Assembly: GCA_038064735.1 (NCBI GenBank)
Contig: JBBTSI010000003.1
Location: forward strand, 21,154 to 85,153
DNA from: Patescibacteria group bacterium
Lineage (GTDB): Bacteria > Patescibacteriota > Minisyncoccia > Phycocordibacterales > WO2-35-19
DNA: 64,000 nucleotides
Direction of reading: 5' to 3'
This document shows positions 1 through 8,258 of the stretch, piece by piece. The position numbers and the translations under genes are program-made. The notes below the pieces were generated by a model. It ran no database searches. It saw nothing but the letters and a program-made list of their open reading frames with translations, and was not told the DNA's origin. Every line of letters starts with the position of its first letter. Position 1 is the first letter of the stretch.

Positions 1-81
1 TATGCATGTATTGGCGCTGCCATACTTCTGGGATCGAAGGTTATTGCGACAGCTATACAGGCCACTATTGAACAATTATAA
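1..81 (+). CDS. C-terminal fragment of VirB2/TrbC-like pilin (partial)
   Basis: Frame 1 reads YACIGAAILLGSKVIATAIQATIEQL*, like the C-termini of the neighbouring pilins. Confidence 0.6.
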   Translation, partial: YACIGAAILLGSKVIATAIQATIEQL

Positions 82-93
82 TAAAAAAACAAA

Positions 94-369
94 ATGGATT
101 TAACAGGCATAATAAATTTGTTTATAAGCTTAGGTCTCAGAATTATTCCACTTCTAGGTGCTGTGGCTTTCTTGTTTTTCGTTTGGGGTGTAGCCAGGTT
201 TATAAAAGCAGCCGGTAGTGAAAAAGAAGTCAAAGATAGTAAAAATATCATTATCTGGGGACTTATTGGTCTATTTGTTATGATGTCTGTATGGGGCATT
301 ATCTCTTTTATGCGCAGTGAATTTGATTTTGGAGATGGTAGTTTTGGTATTCCGCAAATACATTTTTAA
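94..369 (+). CDS. VirB2/TrbC-like (T4SS-type) pilin
   Basis: Two hydrophobic helices flanking a charged loop, K..IIWGLIGLFVMMSVWG motif. Confidence 0.75.
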   Translation: MDLTGIINLFISLGLRIIPLLGAVAFLFFVWGVARFIKAAGSEKEVKDSKNIIIWGLIGLFVMMSVWGIISFMRSEFDFGDGSFGIPQIHF

Positions 370-384
370 AATTATAAAAAAATT

Positions 385-702
385 ATGATAGCACTTATAG
401 ATTCAGCATTTGCCTTGATTAATAACATACTTATACCAATGGCTTTTGCTTTTTGTTTGTTTTATTTCTTTTGGGGTGTGGCCAAATATATAAGGACTGG
501 AGCGGGAAGCGAAAAGACAGCCGAAGAGGGCAAAAAAACGATGATTTGGGGCCTTGTTGGTATCTTTGTAGCTTTTTCGGTCTGGGGTATAATTATCTTT
601 ATAAGAAATGAATTAGGAATACCTGGTATAGATAGCATAGAAAGACCAACCAATGAGAATGTTACAACAAGTGTGCATTTTGGTAACCAAAGCAATCCTT
701 AG
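385..702 (+). CDS. VirB2/TrbC-like pilin
   Basis: GKKTMIWGLVGIFVAFSVWG motif; tandem paralog. Confidence 0.75.
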   Translation: MIALIDSAFALINNILIPMAFAFCLFYFFWGVAKYIRTGAGSEKTAEEGKKTMIWGLVGIFVAFSVWGIIIFIRNELGIPGIDSIERPTNENVTTSVHFGNQSNP

Positions 703-729
703 TTATTATTAATTTAGTAGTTTAAAAAC

Positions 730-1194
730 ATGTCAAATAAAATTTATAAAATCAGTTTTGCTTTCTTGATTGCGACGGCTCCTTTTTTTGCTTCTGCTCA
801 ATATCTTCACAGAACAGCTGGTCTTTTGAATGATTTTAGTGGTATTGTGTCAAATATACTTGTTCCTCTGGTTTTTACCTCAGCTCTTCTCTTCTTTTTT
901 TACGGAGTGGCCAAATATATTTGGTCTGCCGGTGATAAAGAAGAAAGCAAAAAAATAATGATTTGGGGTATAGTCGCTCTCTTTGTTATGTCTTCGGTTT
1001 GGGGTATTGTGTATTTCATAAGAGGGGAACTTGGCCTTACTGATGATTCTAATATACCTATACCAACTCTGGGAGATGCGTCTTCTGGTGGCAGTATTGT
1101 TAATAACAGCACTGATAATTCTGATTTTAATGTGAGTGAAGCAGAACAATACGCTCCTTCTACCAACCCTGGAGGTGGCGCATACCAACCGTAA
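730..1194 (+). CDS. VirB2/TrbC-like pilin with signal peptide and low-complexity tail
   Basis: ASA-Q signal cleavage site; KKIMIWGIVALFVMSSVWG. Confidence 0.75.
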   Translation: MSNKIYKISFAFLIATAPFFASAQYLHRTAGLLNDFSGIVSNILVPLVFTSALLFFFYGVAKYIWSAGDKEESKKIMIWGIVALFVMSSVWGIVYFIRGELGLTDDSNIPIPTLGDASSGGSIVNNSTDNSDFNVSEAEQYAPSTNPGGGAYQP

Positions 1195-1295
1195 TCCTGT
1201 GGATTACCTTATTGTGACTGTGTAGATATAGTTGTATTATTAAAGTATTAAAAATGGTCGTTTATTTAATTATTAATTATTAGTTATAAAAAATT

Positions 1296-1634
1296 ATGAA
1301 AAAATTAGCGTTAATTGTTGGAGCTTTGGCACTACCTTTGGTTTCTTTCGCTCAGCTAGATAATGTGAGCAGTTTAATTACCAGCATAGGTAACATTGTA
1401 AATCAAGTCATTCCTATATTGTTTGCTTTGGCTTTGCTCGGTTTCTTCTATGGTTTGGTAATGTATATCTTTGGCAAAGAAGACAACAAAGATCAAGCCA
1501 AAAAGACTATGATTTGGGGCGTAGTCGCTCTCTTCGTTATGGCTTCAGTTTGGGGTTTGGTAGCATGGCTTGGTACTGCTCTTGGTGTTGATCAAACTGG
1601 TGCAGTGGATGTTCAAAATCTTATTCCACAATAA
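1296..1634 (+). CDS. VirB2/TrbC-like pilin with signal peptide
   Basis: MKK...SFA-Q signal; AKKTMIWGVVALFVMASVWG. Confidence 0.8.
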   Translation: MKKLALIVGALALPLVSFAQLDNVSSLITSIGNIVNQVIPILFALALLGFFYGLVMYIFGKEDNKDQAKKTMIWGVVALFVMASVWGLVAWLGTALGVDQTGAVDVQNLIPQ

Positions 1635-1725
1635 TTTAGTTTTCTTTCGGGTAAAAATAAAAAGCGGGGTGTGAAATACACACCTTGCTTTTTATTTTAA
1701 TTTACTTGAATGCTATAATATATTT

Positions 1726-1992
1726 ATGTCCTCAGTAACTGAACTTTTAGGTAAAATAGCTGTACTTTTCATAAACCCACTTATTATATTGGGTTTTGTG
1801 TTGGCTACTATATATTTGTTTTATGCTGTTGTGCAAATGATATGGGGCGCAGATGATGGCAAGTGGGACGACAAAAAGAAAAGTGTAATGTACGCCGTCA
1901 TTGGTCTTTTTGTAATGTTTTCTGTATATGGTATTTTGGGCGTAGTACTTGAAACTTTCAATATCCCCTGTGAAGGTTTGTTTTTCTGTTAA
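1726..1992 (+). CDS. VirB2/TrbC-like pilin
   Basis: KKSVMYAVIGLFVMFSVYG; TGCTATAAT ends 6 nt before the ATG. Confidence 0.7.
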   Translation: MSSVTELLGKIAVLFINPLIILGFVLATIYLFYAVVQMIWGADDGKWDDKKKSVMYAVIGLFVMFSVYGILGVVLETFNIPCEGLFFC

Positions 1993-2047
1993 AAATTTTT
2001 AAATAAAAAAAGGAGAGGTTACGCTTGCGCGCGTCCTCTCCTTGCTG

Positions 2048-3127
2048 TTACTCATTAAACTTCACTACTATGCCGAAGCTTTCCAATTCTCTTGATTTGA
2101 ATTGGAAAGCGCGGACACCGGAAGGAATCTTTGGTTCAGACCCTTCTTCTTTAGGGAAGTCTTCTTCTATCATACCGTTCCAACGAACGGTAAACAGTCT
2201 GGTGTTTTTCGCTCCATCGTCCAAAAAAATATTTCTGGCACCTTTTGGAACTAAGATCACCGGACCATAACGATCTACCGGAGCTTCTGCGATTCTGACA
2301 GCTTTTTCTCCCTCTCTTTCTTCCGTTTTTCGGAAATTATCGCCGAAAGCATTCAGCTTTCGGATTTGAGCCCTGATTAGATCCCTGTCATACATTTGGG
2401 GTCCGAAAGACATTGTCCCAGAAGAAGCTCTTCTAGTTTCTTGCTGACGATTACCGTACCCTAGCATAGCTAGTTTTGGCTCCCAGCAATCCTTACTTTT
2501 AGGATCTGCTTCCCAATGTTTGGTGCCGGATTCTGCATATAGAACTCTGGCGTACCCTTCATTACCAGCTTCAGTCCTGATATCAAATCCCATTTTTTTG
2601 GCACGATCTTCGTGCAGGGAAGCCATGATACCATGTTTGCCGATAGCTGATGAATTAGGATTTTTTATAAGATTTCCTTCATCATCAAACTGACGGCCAC
2701 TGCCGGGTGTCCCATTTCCTGATTCGCAACCTCCGATAACTGATAAAGCGAGGTCTACTGGTGCAGGCAGGGAAGCGATAGTTTTGTTGGCAACATCCTT
2801 TTTGCTTTTAGAGTAAAAATGATGATAAGCACCAAAGCCTATCCACAAAATCAATCCTGCCCCCAAAACAAATCCGAGTATAGGTTTGAAGAAATTCCAG
2901 GCTTCGTTTGGAACCTCTTTTTCTTTTTGTTCCTCCTTTTTTTTGGGTGTAGTAGGGGCGGCAGAAACTGTTTCCGTAGAAACTGTCTCTGCTGTCACTG
3001 GTTTGGTTTTTGGTTCTGGCACTTTCTTTTTGTTTTCGAAAAAAGAAGGAAAGAATTCGTTTCTTTTTTTAAAAAGAACAAATCCTATTAAAGCAATCAC
3101 GATAATTACTGTCCAAGTTATTCCCAT
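2048..3127 (-). CDS. membrane-anchored protein with putative lysozyme/transglycosylase-like domain
   Basis: Two TM segments; CESG...SAIGKHGI...KHW pattern resembling lysozyme-like folds; GGAGG SD. Confidence 0.45.
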   Translation of the reverse strand: MGITWTVIIVIALIGFVLFKKRNEFFPSFFENKKKVPEPKTKPVTAETVSTETVSAAPTTPKKKEEQKEKEVPNEAWNFFKPILGFVLGAGLILWIGFGAYHHFYSKSKKDVANKTIASLPAPVDLALSVIGGCESGNGTPGSGRQFDDEGNLIKNPNSSAIGKHGIMASLHEDRAKKMGFDIRTEAGNEGYARVLYAESGTKHWEADPKSKDCWEPKLAMLGYGNRQQETRRASSGTMSFGPQMYDRDLIRAQIRKLNAFGDNFRKTEEREGEKAVRIAEAPVDRYGPVILVPKGARNIFLDDGAKNTRLFTVRWNGMIEEDFPKEEGSEPKIPSGVRAFQFKSRELESFGIVVKFNE

Positions 3128-3264
3128 TTCTCCTCCTAAGATTTTAAAAGTAGTTTTATGTCAATATATTGCAATTCCTTATATATTATAGCATATCCAT
3201 ATAAAAAAGCAACCCCTGATAGCAAAATCATTAAGATTTTCTAAAAGGGGTTGTAAATAGAGGA

Positions 3265-4494
3265 CTAATTTGAAGGAGATTGGGTTGGTTTAGGACTTGA
3301 AGGTACGGTATTAGTCGGTTTGAGAATTTCCGCTGCTCCAGCCAAAATCCCAGTGATGTCAGACAGGTTGCCTGGCACGAAAATCGTCTTGTCACCTTTG
3401 TTGGTTTTCATGACTTCTTTCCATGCTTCTGTCTTTACAATCAGCTCGCCTCCAGGTAAAGCTGCAGCTTTCGCCATAAGTTCCAAGGCTTTAGCTTCAC
3501 CTATACCTTCTTGCTCTAGTTTATGTCTTTTAGCGTCTGCTTGGACTATCATTACATTTGCTTCCGCTGTCCCTGCCTGCTCAGCCTTTTCACGGTCTGA
3601 TTTTGCTGTTCGGACGGTAGCAATTGCTTTTCCATCGGCAGCAGTAATTTCTGCAACGCGATTTGCTAATGCTGTATTTGCTGCGTGCGGAATCCCGATA
3701 TCTTTAATACGGACATCTTCAATATCCACACCCCATGAGTCATTCTCAGAAAGAGTTGGATTTCTTATTCTGGCATTTGGATCTACCACCAGGTCTTCTA
3801 CAGCCTCTTTCATTTTATTGCTGAGCACGTCCAGTTCTTGGCGCGCCTTGGCAAGAAAAGTTTTTCCGGCTTCTTCAGACAAAACGCTTATACACACATT
3901 TTTTATCCGTTCAAGCGCTTCATCCAGTCCGCCAACCCTTTCGAGCAAAAATCTGAGATTACTGATTTTGAATCTATAAAACAGATGCGGATCAGTAGTC
4001 ACTGCTTTAGCAAAAGGCTCGTCTTCGAAGGGCGCTTTATCATCCTTGTCTAGTTTTGATGATTTGATGTCACCCCAACTTATCCGTATTGGCTCTTCCA
4101 TTACAAACCAAGCTTCCGAATCTTTAGATTTTTCCACTGATTTTTTAGCCTTTTCGTCTAAGGTACCAAAATCTACCTGAATCGATTTTTTAGTAGCAGG
4201 GCGTACATAGTAGAAAGGCCATAAAGCGAAATGAGGTCCGGAACTCCATTCGTTAAGAAAAATTCCAAAAAATACTGGAATAGCTCTATCTGTTGGACCA
4301 ACAATCCTTACGCTCAAAATGGCGTGGCAAACCGCTACCGCTATGACAACGATATACCACTTGATTCCGCCAGGGAAGGGTTTCGCATGACCAATGATGA
4401 ACAGTGTTAAAGCGATTGCAAGATAGAGTATCGCGACAACCAAGGGTAACCATTTCGCAAACCACAAAGCAATTCGACTTGTGTTTTTTGCCAT
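3265..4494 (-). CDS. SPFH/band 7 domain membrane protein
   Basis: N-terminal TMs, WGVDIEDVRIKDI, Ala/Glu-rich coiled coil; start moved to the ATG after AAGGAG. Confidence 0.75.
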   Translation of the reverse strand: MAKNTSRIALWFAKWLPLVVAILYLAIALTLFIIGHAKPFPGGIKWYIVVIAVAVCHAILSVRIVGPTDRAIPVFFGIFLNEWSSGPHFALWPFYYVRPATKKSIQVDFGTLDEKAKKSVEKSKDSEAWFVMEEPIRISWGDIKSSKLDKDDKAPFEDEPFAKAVTTDPHLFYRFKISNLRFLLERVGGLDEALERIKNVCISVLSEEAGKTFLAKARQELDVLSNKMKEAVEDLVVDPNARIRNPTLSENDSWGVDIEDVRIKDIGIPHAANTALANRVAEITAADGKAIATVRTAKSDREKAEQAGTAEANVMIVQADAKRHKLEQEGIGEAKALELMAKAAALPGGELIVKTEAWKEVMKTNKGDKTIFVPGNLSDITGILAGAAEILKPTNTVPSSPKPTQSPSN

Positions 4495-4628
4495 AACTTT
4501 TCTCCTTTTTAAATTGTCAATGTTGTAAATAATTACAATTGCAAGTCCTGTTATAAGTATACCATACCTACATAAAAAATGCAAGGGGTGGAGTTGCAGA
4601 GTTTAAATTATGTGCTAAAATAAGGGTA

Positions 4629-4983
4629 GATTCTCATTCCGGACAGTAACTCCGTGAGATAGTTTATAATTATCTTACAGAGAGGAAAGTCCGAACACAC
4701 ATCCCGTAAAATTGCTTTGCAATCACGGGATAGCAGGGTAGCGGGTAACGCCCGTCTGGAGCGATCCAAGAGGTGCGAACAGTGACGCCAGAGCCGAAAG
4801 GTCGAGGGTTCCTTAGGGAATAATCTGATAGAAATATCAGGGTGCAACGACTAAATCCTTACTTGTGTGCAAGGCCGTGTCCCGAGAGCAATCGAGGGAA
4901 GTGCCGCTAGATTCCGATGGTAACATCGGAACAAGATAAATTACTGTAAATCAAACAGAATTCGGCTTACGAGAATGAGAGTC
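4629..4983 (+). ncRNA. rnpB: RNase P RNA
   Basis: GAGGAAAGTCCG near the 5' end, ACAGAATTCGGCTTA near the 3' end, P1 stem GATTCTCATTC/GAATGAGAGTC. Confidence 0.95.
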
Positions 4984-4990
4984 CAAAAAT

Positions 4991-5020
4991 GCAAAATCCG
5001 CCCTTACCGGCGGATTTTGC
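4991..5020. terminator. bidirectional hairpin terminator between convergent rnpB and tRNA-Leu
   Basis: GCAAAATCCGCC-loop-GGCGGATTTTGC. Confidence 0.7.
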
Positions 5021-5024
5021 TTTG

Positions 5025-5105
5025 TGCTGGGGAGAGGACTTGAACCTCCACTCCTTACGGAACTGGTTCCTAAAACCAGCGCGGCTACCATTACGCCACC
5101 CCAGC
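5025..5105 (-). tRNA. tRNA-Leu(TAG)
   Basis: Cloverleaf; anticodon arm CTGGT-TT TAG GA-ACCAG; long variable arm. Confidence 0.95.
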
Positions 5106-5230
5106 AATTTTTTGTCGTCACAAATATTTTTTAATGCTTGTCGTCACAGATAATCTCATTTTCGTCAAAATGAAATTTCCGCGACCCCGACTCGCTTATT
5201 TTTCTTGCTAGAAAAACATCGCTACGCCTC

Positions 5231-5280
5231 GGACTAGGAATAAAAAATCCAAAGCAGTTTGGATTCTTTATTCCTAGTCC
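5231..5280. repeat. long inverted repeat abutting the tRNA-Lys 3' end
   Basis: GGACTAGGAATAAAAAATCCAAA gcag TTTGGATTCTTTATTCCTAGTCC. Confidence 0.8.
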
Positions 5281-5350
5281 GCCCACCAGGGATCGAACCT
5301 GGGACTTTCTCCTTAAGAGGGAGTTACTCTACCAGCTGAGTTATGGGCGG
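5278..5350 (-). tRNA. tRNA-Lys(CTT)
   Basis: Cloverleaf; CTCC-CT CTT AA-GGAG anticodon arm; GGTTCGATCC T-arm. Confidence 0.95.
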
Positions 5351-5363
5351 AACAAAATTCATT

Positions 5364-6098
5364 TTAATGTAAATTTGTAGGTTTGGCAACATTTTTTAAT
5401 TTGTGCCATCTTTTTTCAATTAAACTGACTTGCGGAGCGATGTCTTTAAGTACTGCTTGTGTCCAGCCGTAAACTTCATATCGGTGGTCAGTTCCTTTTG
5501 GGACTTCAACTCTCATTGTTCCATAATAGAGATTATTTTTTTTATAATTACTACTTAATGGTTTTATGTAGCTTTTGCCAAATTTTTTAACTGGAATTCC
5601 TGTTAAATCTGACCAAAATTTTTTGATTTGTTTTTCTGATTGTTGAGGGTAAATATTTAATCTGGCTGTAAGTTTGTATGGAGGTATTTTAAATATTTTT
5701 TCAACCCATTTTACCCAAAATAAAATTAAATAAGGATCAGAATTGGTCATTTGAAACATTTTGGTTTTGCTGCCCTCTGCCCAATATAATGCCGACCCAA
5801 ATAGACGATAGGTTTCTTCGGTTATTGGTTTTTTTATTTCCAGTTCTGCTTTTTCTATAATAATTGAAACTTCTTTTTCTCTCCTTTGTTTTTGGCAGTA
5901 TTCTCCAGAAGTGAGCATGTGTATTTGTTTGGTATACAATCTCTGCCTGTCTTTGGGCAACAAGGGGACACCTTTAAGCCACAAGCTAAGTGTACTTTTT
6001 GGTATTTTTAGTTTTTTAGATATTTGCCCATAACTCATTCCTTTTTTTCTTAAAACTTCTGCGGGTTCTTTTTTTAAATTTTTATTTACTTCCTCCAT
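5364..6098 (-). CDS. HTH plus LAGLIDADG-like domain protein (putative free-standing endonuclease)
   Basis: N-terminal HTH (GMSYGQISKKLKIPKSTLSLW); ALYWAEGSK LAGLIDADG-like helix followed by MTNSDP. Confidence 0.6.
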   Translation of the reverse strand: MEEVNKNLKKEPAEVLRKKGMSYGQISKKLKIPKSTLSLWLKGVPLLPKDRQRLYTKQIHMLTSGEYCQKQRREKEVSIIIEKAELEIKKPITEETYRLFGSALYWAEGSKTKMFQMTNSDPYLILFWVKWVEKIFKIPPYKLTARLNIYPQQSEKQIKKFWSDLTGIPVKKFGKSYIKPLSSNYKKNNLYYGTMRVEVPKGTDHRYEVYGWTQAVLKDIAPQVSLIEKRWHKLKNVAKPTNLH

Positions 6099-6129
6099 AC
6101 CATAGACTATATCACATATAGTCTATGGT
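6099..6129. promoter_or_regulatory. 14-bp inverted repeat over the -10 box of the HTH/LAGLIDADG-like gene (candidate operator)
   Basis: ACCATAGACTATAT cac ATATAGTCTATGGT, containing minus-strand TGATATAGT. Confidence 0.5.
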
Positions 6130-6191
6130 CTAAATAAAAAATGTGGATAAGTTTTTCAAAAAGATTTTATCAAAAAATATAAGATAGGGTT

Positions 6192-6947
6192 TTATCTGAA
6201 GTCGTCGGTGAAAAATTCGTAACCGCCGATGAGTACCGGAGTGGAGAGGAAGTACCAAATAATGACGTCGTCGAGTGGGAAAACTTTGCCGAAAATATAA
6301 GTTTTGAATAAATATTCTCCCGGCCACCACCAACTGCCAACGATGAGAGAAATGATTTCATAATAGAAAAATATTAAAGCGAAAAATAGAGTTGGCAAGA
6401 TTACTTTTTTCATAAGGGCAGGTTTGTTCCAGAAAATTATAATTGCCGGTATGAACAAAAGCGGAATGGAAATTGAAAAATAATTTAGAGTGACCAAATC
6501 TTTGTTTATGAAAAAAATCGTATAAATCGTGGCGGCGCCAAAAATATATATCGCGGTGAGCAGTTTGAGTCGCGGTGATATTTTTTTGCTTGAATCTTTG
6601 TCTACGAAATATTCATAAAAGGAGAGAACCCATAAAAAGTTTAAGAAAGCGAAAATCATATTTTCAATTGGGATAAGTCCGAATGGCCGTATGATGACCG
6701 ATTGTACGTCCCAGACGTCTGCTAAACGGGCACAAAGCTCAATAGCTGGGGCTATGATAATAGCTGTAGTTAAAGAAAAGATGAGTATTTTTAGTTTTGA
6801 TTTTTTGAGCCAGAGCCAATTGGTCAGGGCCGGTGGAACCAAAACTAAAATAATAGAGATTAAATATGTTGGTTTAAATATAAAAACAAACAATCCCGCG
6901 ACCAGAACATAACCAAGGAGTAATAATATTTTTTTATTTGAACTCAT
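6192..6947 (-). CDS. multi-pass membrane protein, lycopene cyclase-like domain
   Basis: Duplicated TM module with IPIEN/FPLDD motifs; start moved downstream of tRNA-Leu. Confidence 0.55.
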   Translation of the reverse strand: MSSNKKILLLLGYVLVAGLFVFIFKPTYLISIILVLVPPALTNWLWLKKSKLKILIFSLTTAIIIAPAIELCARLADVWDVQSVIIRPFGLIPIENMIFAFLNFLWVLSFYEYFVDKDSSKKISPRLKLLTAIYIFGAATIYTIFFINKDLVTLNYFSISIPLLFIPAIIIFWNKPALMKKVILPTLFFALIFFYYEIISLIVGSWWWPGEYLFKTYIFGKVFPLDDVIIWYFLSTPVLIGGYEFFTDDFR

Positions 6948-6951
6948 ACTT

Positions 6952-7037
6952 TGGTGCTCGGGGCGAGACTTGAACTCGCAAGGCCTTGCGGCCAAAGGAT
7001 TTTAAGTCCTTCGTGTATACCATTCCACCACCCGAGC
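6952..7037 (-). tRNA. tRNA-Leu(TAA)
   Basis: AAGGA-CT TAA AA-TCCTT; long variable arm; CCA encoded. Confidence 0.95.
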
Positions 7038-7074
7038 AGTGATTTGTCAAGTCTATAAAATTTCTCAACAAATG

Positions 7075-7146
7075 AGGCCACGGTGAGAATCGCACTCACG
7101 CATATTCCTTTTGCAGAGGAACGCCTTGCTACTTGGCTACGTGGCC
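7075..7146 (-). tRNA. tRNA-Cys(GCA), atypical D/T loops
   Basis: GGCCACG/CGTGGCC acceptor, TTCCT-CT GCA AA-AGGAA, U73; T-loop TGCGATT. Confidence 0.9.
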
Positions 7147-7863
7147 TTTATGAAAATCTATGATTTTCTTTACTGTTTTATCAATGTTTACTGGTCTGGC
7201 TTCAAAGTAATCATTGAACGTTTTGTATTTTCTCATAAAAAAAGTATTATGACTAGCTCTTTTGTACATTAGTTTGAATAGCTTTATAGAATCTTTATTA
7301 TTGAATATGAGCTGAAATGACCTGTTGCTTTTATAAATTCTCCCATTTTCAATCTTTTCGTTTGCCAATACAGTGTTCATTTTTTCCAAAAATATCTTAC
7401 TCCCGCTTGTAAAAAATGTTCTAATTCTTTTTATGATTATTTTACCAGTGTCGCTTATCGACTTTTCAAAATAAATACAACCATCACCATCAAAATATCC
7501 TCTTATAAAATGATTTAAATATTTGTTTGGAATATTAGGAAACTGCACAGTTAGAGATTTATTTGGATATAAACCATGTTTAATAAGATCATTATAAATT
7601 TTATGATTACCGATTTTCAATGTATAGAAAGTTTTACCCTTTAAGAATAACGATTTATTTTTGGTTATGTTGTGTTCCGAACCCATCATTTTTTTGATTC
7701 GTTCTGGAGAATCTTTGTCTGTACTTGTGATAGATAAATATAAAGCTCTAATATAGTCGCAATTTATTAATGTGCCGTCAGCATATACATAACCTAGTAC
7801 ATAGGCCATATTTGGAGACCATTTATTAAAAAAATTTTCGTTTAATTTATGTTTTATACCCAC
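7129..7863 (-). CDS. double-motif LAGLIDADG homing endonuclease
   Basis: [10 protein letters not shown] and [10 protein letters not shown] motifs; 3' end overlaps tRNA-Cys. Confidence 0.85.
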   Translation of the reverse strand: MGIKHKLNENFFNKWSPNMAYVLGYVYADGTLINCDYIRALYLSITSTDKDSPERIKKMMGSEHNITKNKSLFLKGKTFYTLKIGNHKIYNDLIKHGLYPNKSLTVQFPNIPNKYLNHFIRGYFDGDGCIYFEKSISDTGKIIIKRIRTFFTSGSKIFLEKMNTVLANEKIENGRIYKSNRSFQLIFNNKDSIKLFKLMYKRASHNTFFMRKYKTFNDYFEARPVNIDKTVKKIIDFHKGHVAK

Positions 7864-7914
7864 CCTATAATTATAAGTGGTAATAAAGTATACTGCAAAA
7901 AGGTATGTTGATAA

Positions 7915-8253
7915 CTACTGGTGCTCGTTCAAAAGTTCATCAATCCTTTGGCGGTTGTGTTCGCCGGCGTCTATACAAAACTCTATCCTTGGAACGAAAC
8001 CAAAAGATTTTTTACTCATCACAAATTGACGGAAATCATTGCAACGCCGCTTGGCAAATTCTAAAGTGGCCTCTTCTTTTTCTATTGGTAAAACAGTGAA
8101 ATAAATAATAGCCCTTTTGCCTTTGTTGAGGATTTCAGCTTTGGTAATGGTTAAAAGGGAATCTTTGTTGGATTCCACTAAAAAGTATTCAGCTGCGAAT
8201 TTGGCCAGCAGGGAAGTTTGTTTTTCATCTTTAAATTTAATCGGAGTTTTCAT
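7915..8253 (-). CDS. rbfA: ribosome-binding factor A
   Basis: Follows infB; VPRIEFCID...RIDELL C-terminus. Confidence 0.8.
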   Translation of the reverse strand: MKTPIKFKDEKQTSLLAKFAAEYFLVESNKDSLLTITKAEILNKGKRAIIYFTVLPIEKEEATLEFAKRRCNDFRQFVMSKKSFGFVPRIEFCIDAGEHNRQRIDELLNEHQ

Positions 8254-8258
8254 TGGGT

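Noticed and set aside
3320-3979. Long antisense ORFs (also inside infB, clpB, parB, priA)
   Set aside because: Shadow frames of well-supported genes with no motifs of their own
4608-4847. 79-aa ORF on the minus strand
   Set aside because: Antisense to RNase P RNA
6948-6995. N-terminal extensions of ORFs 6192-6995 and 23163-23612
   Set aside because: They run through tRNA-Leu genes; downstream ATGs are better starts
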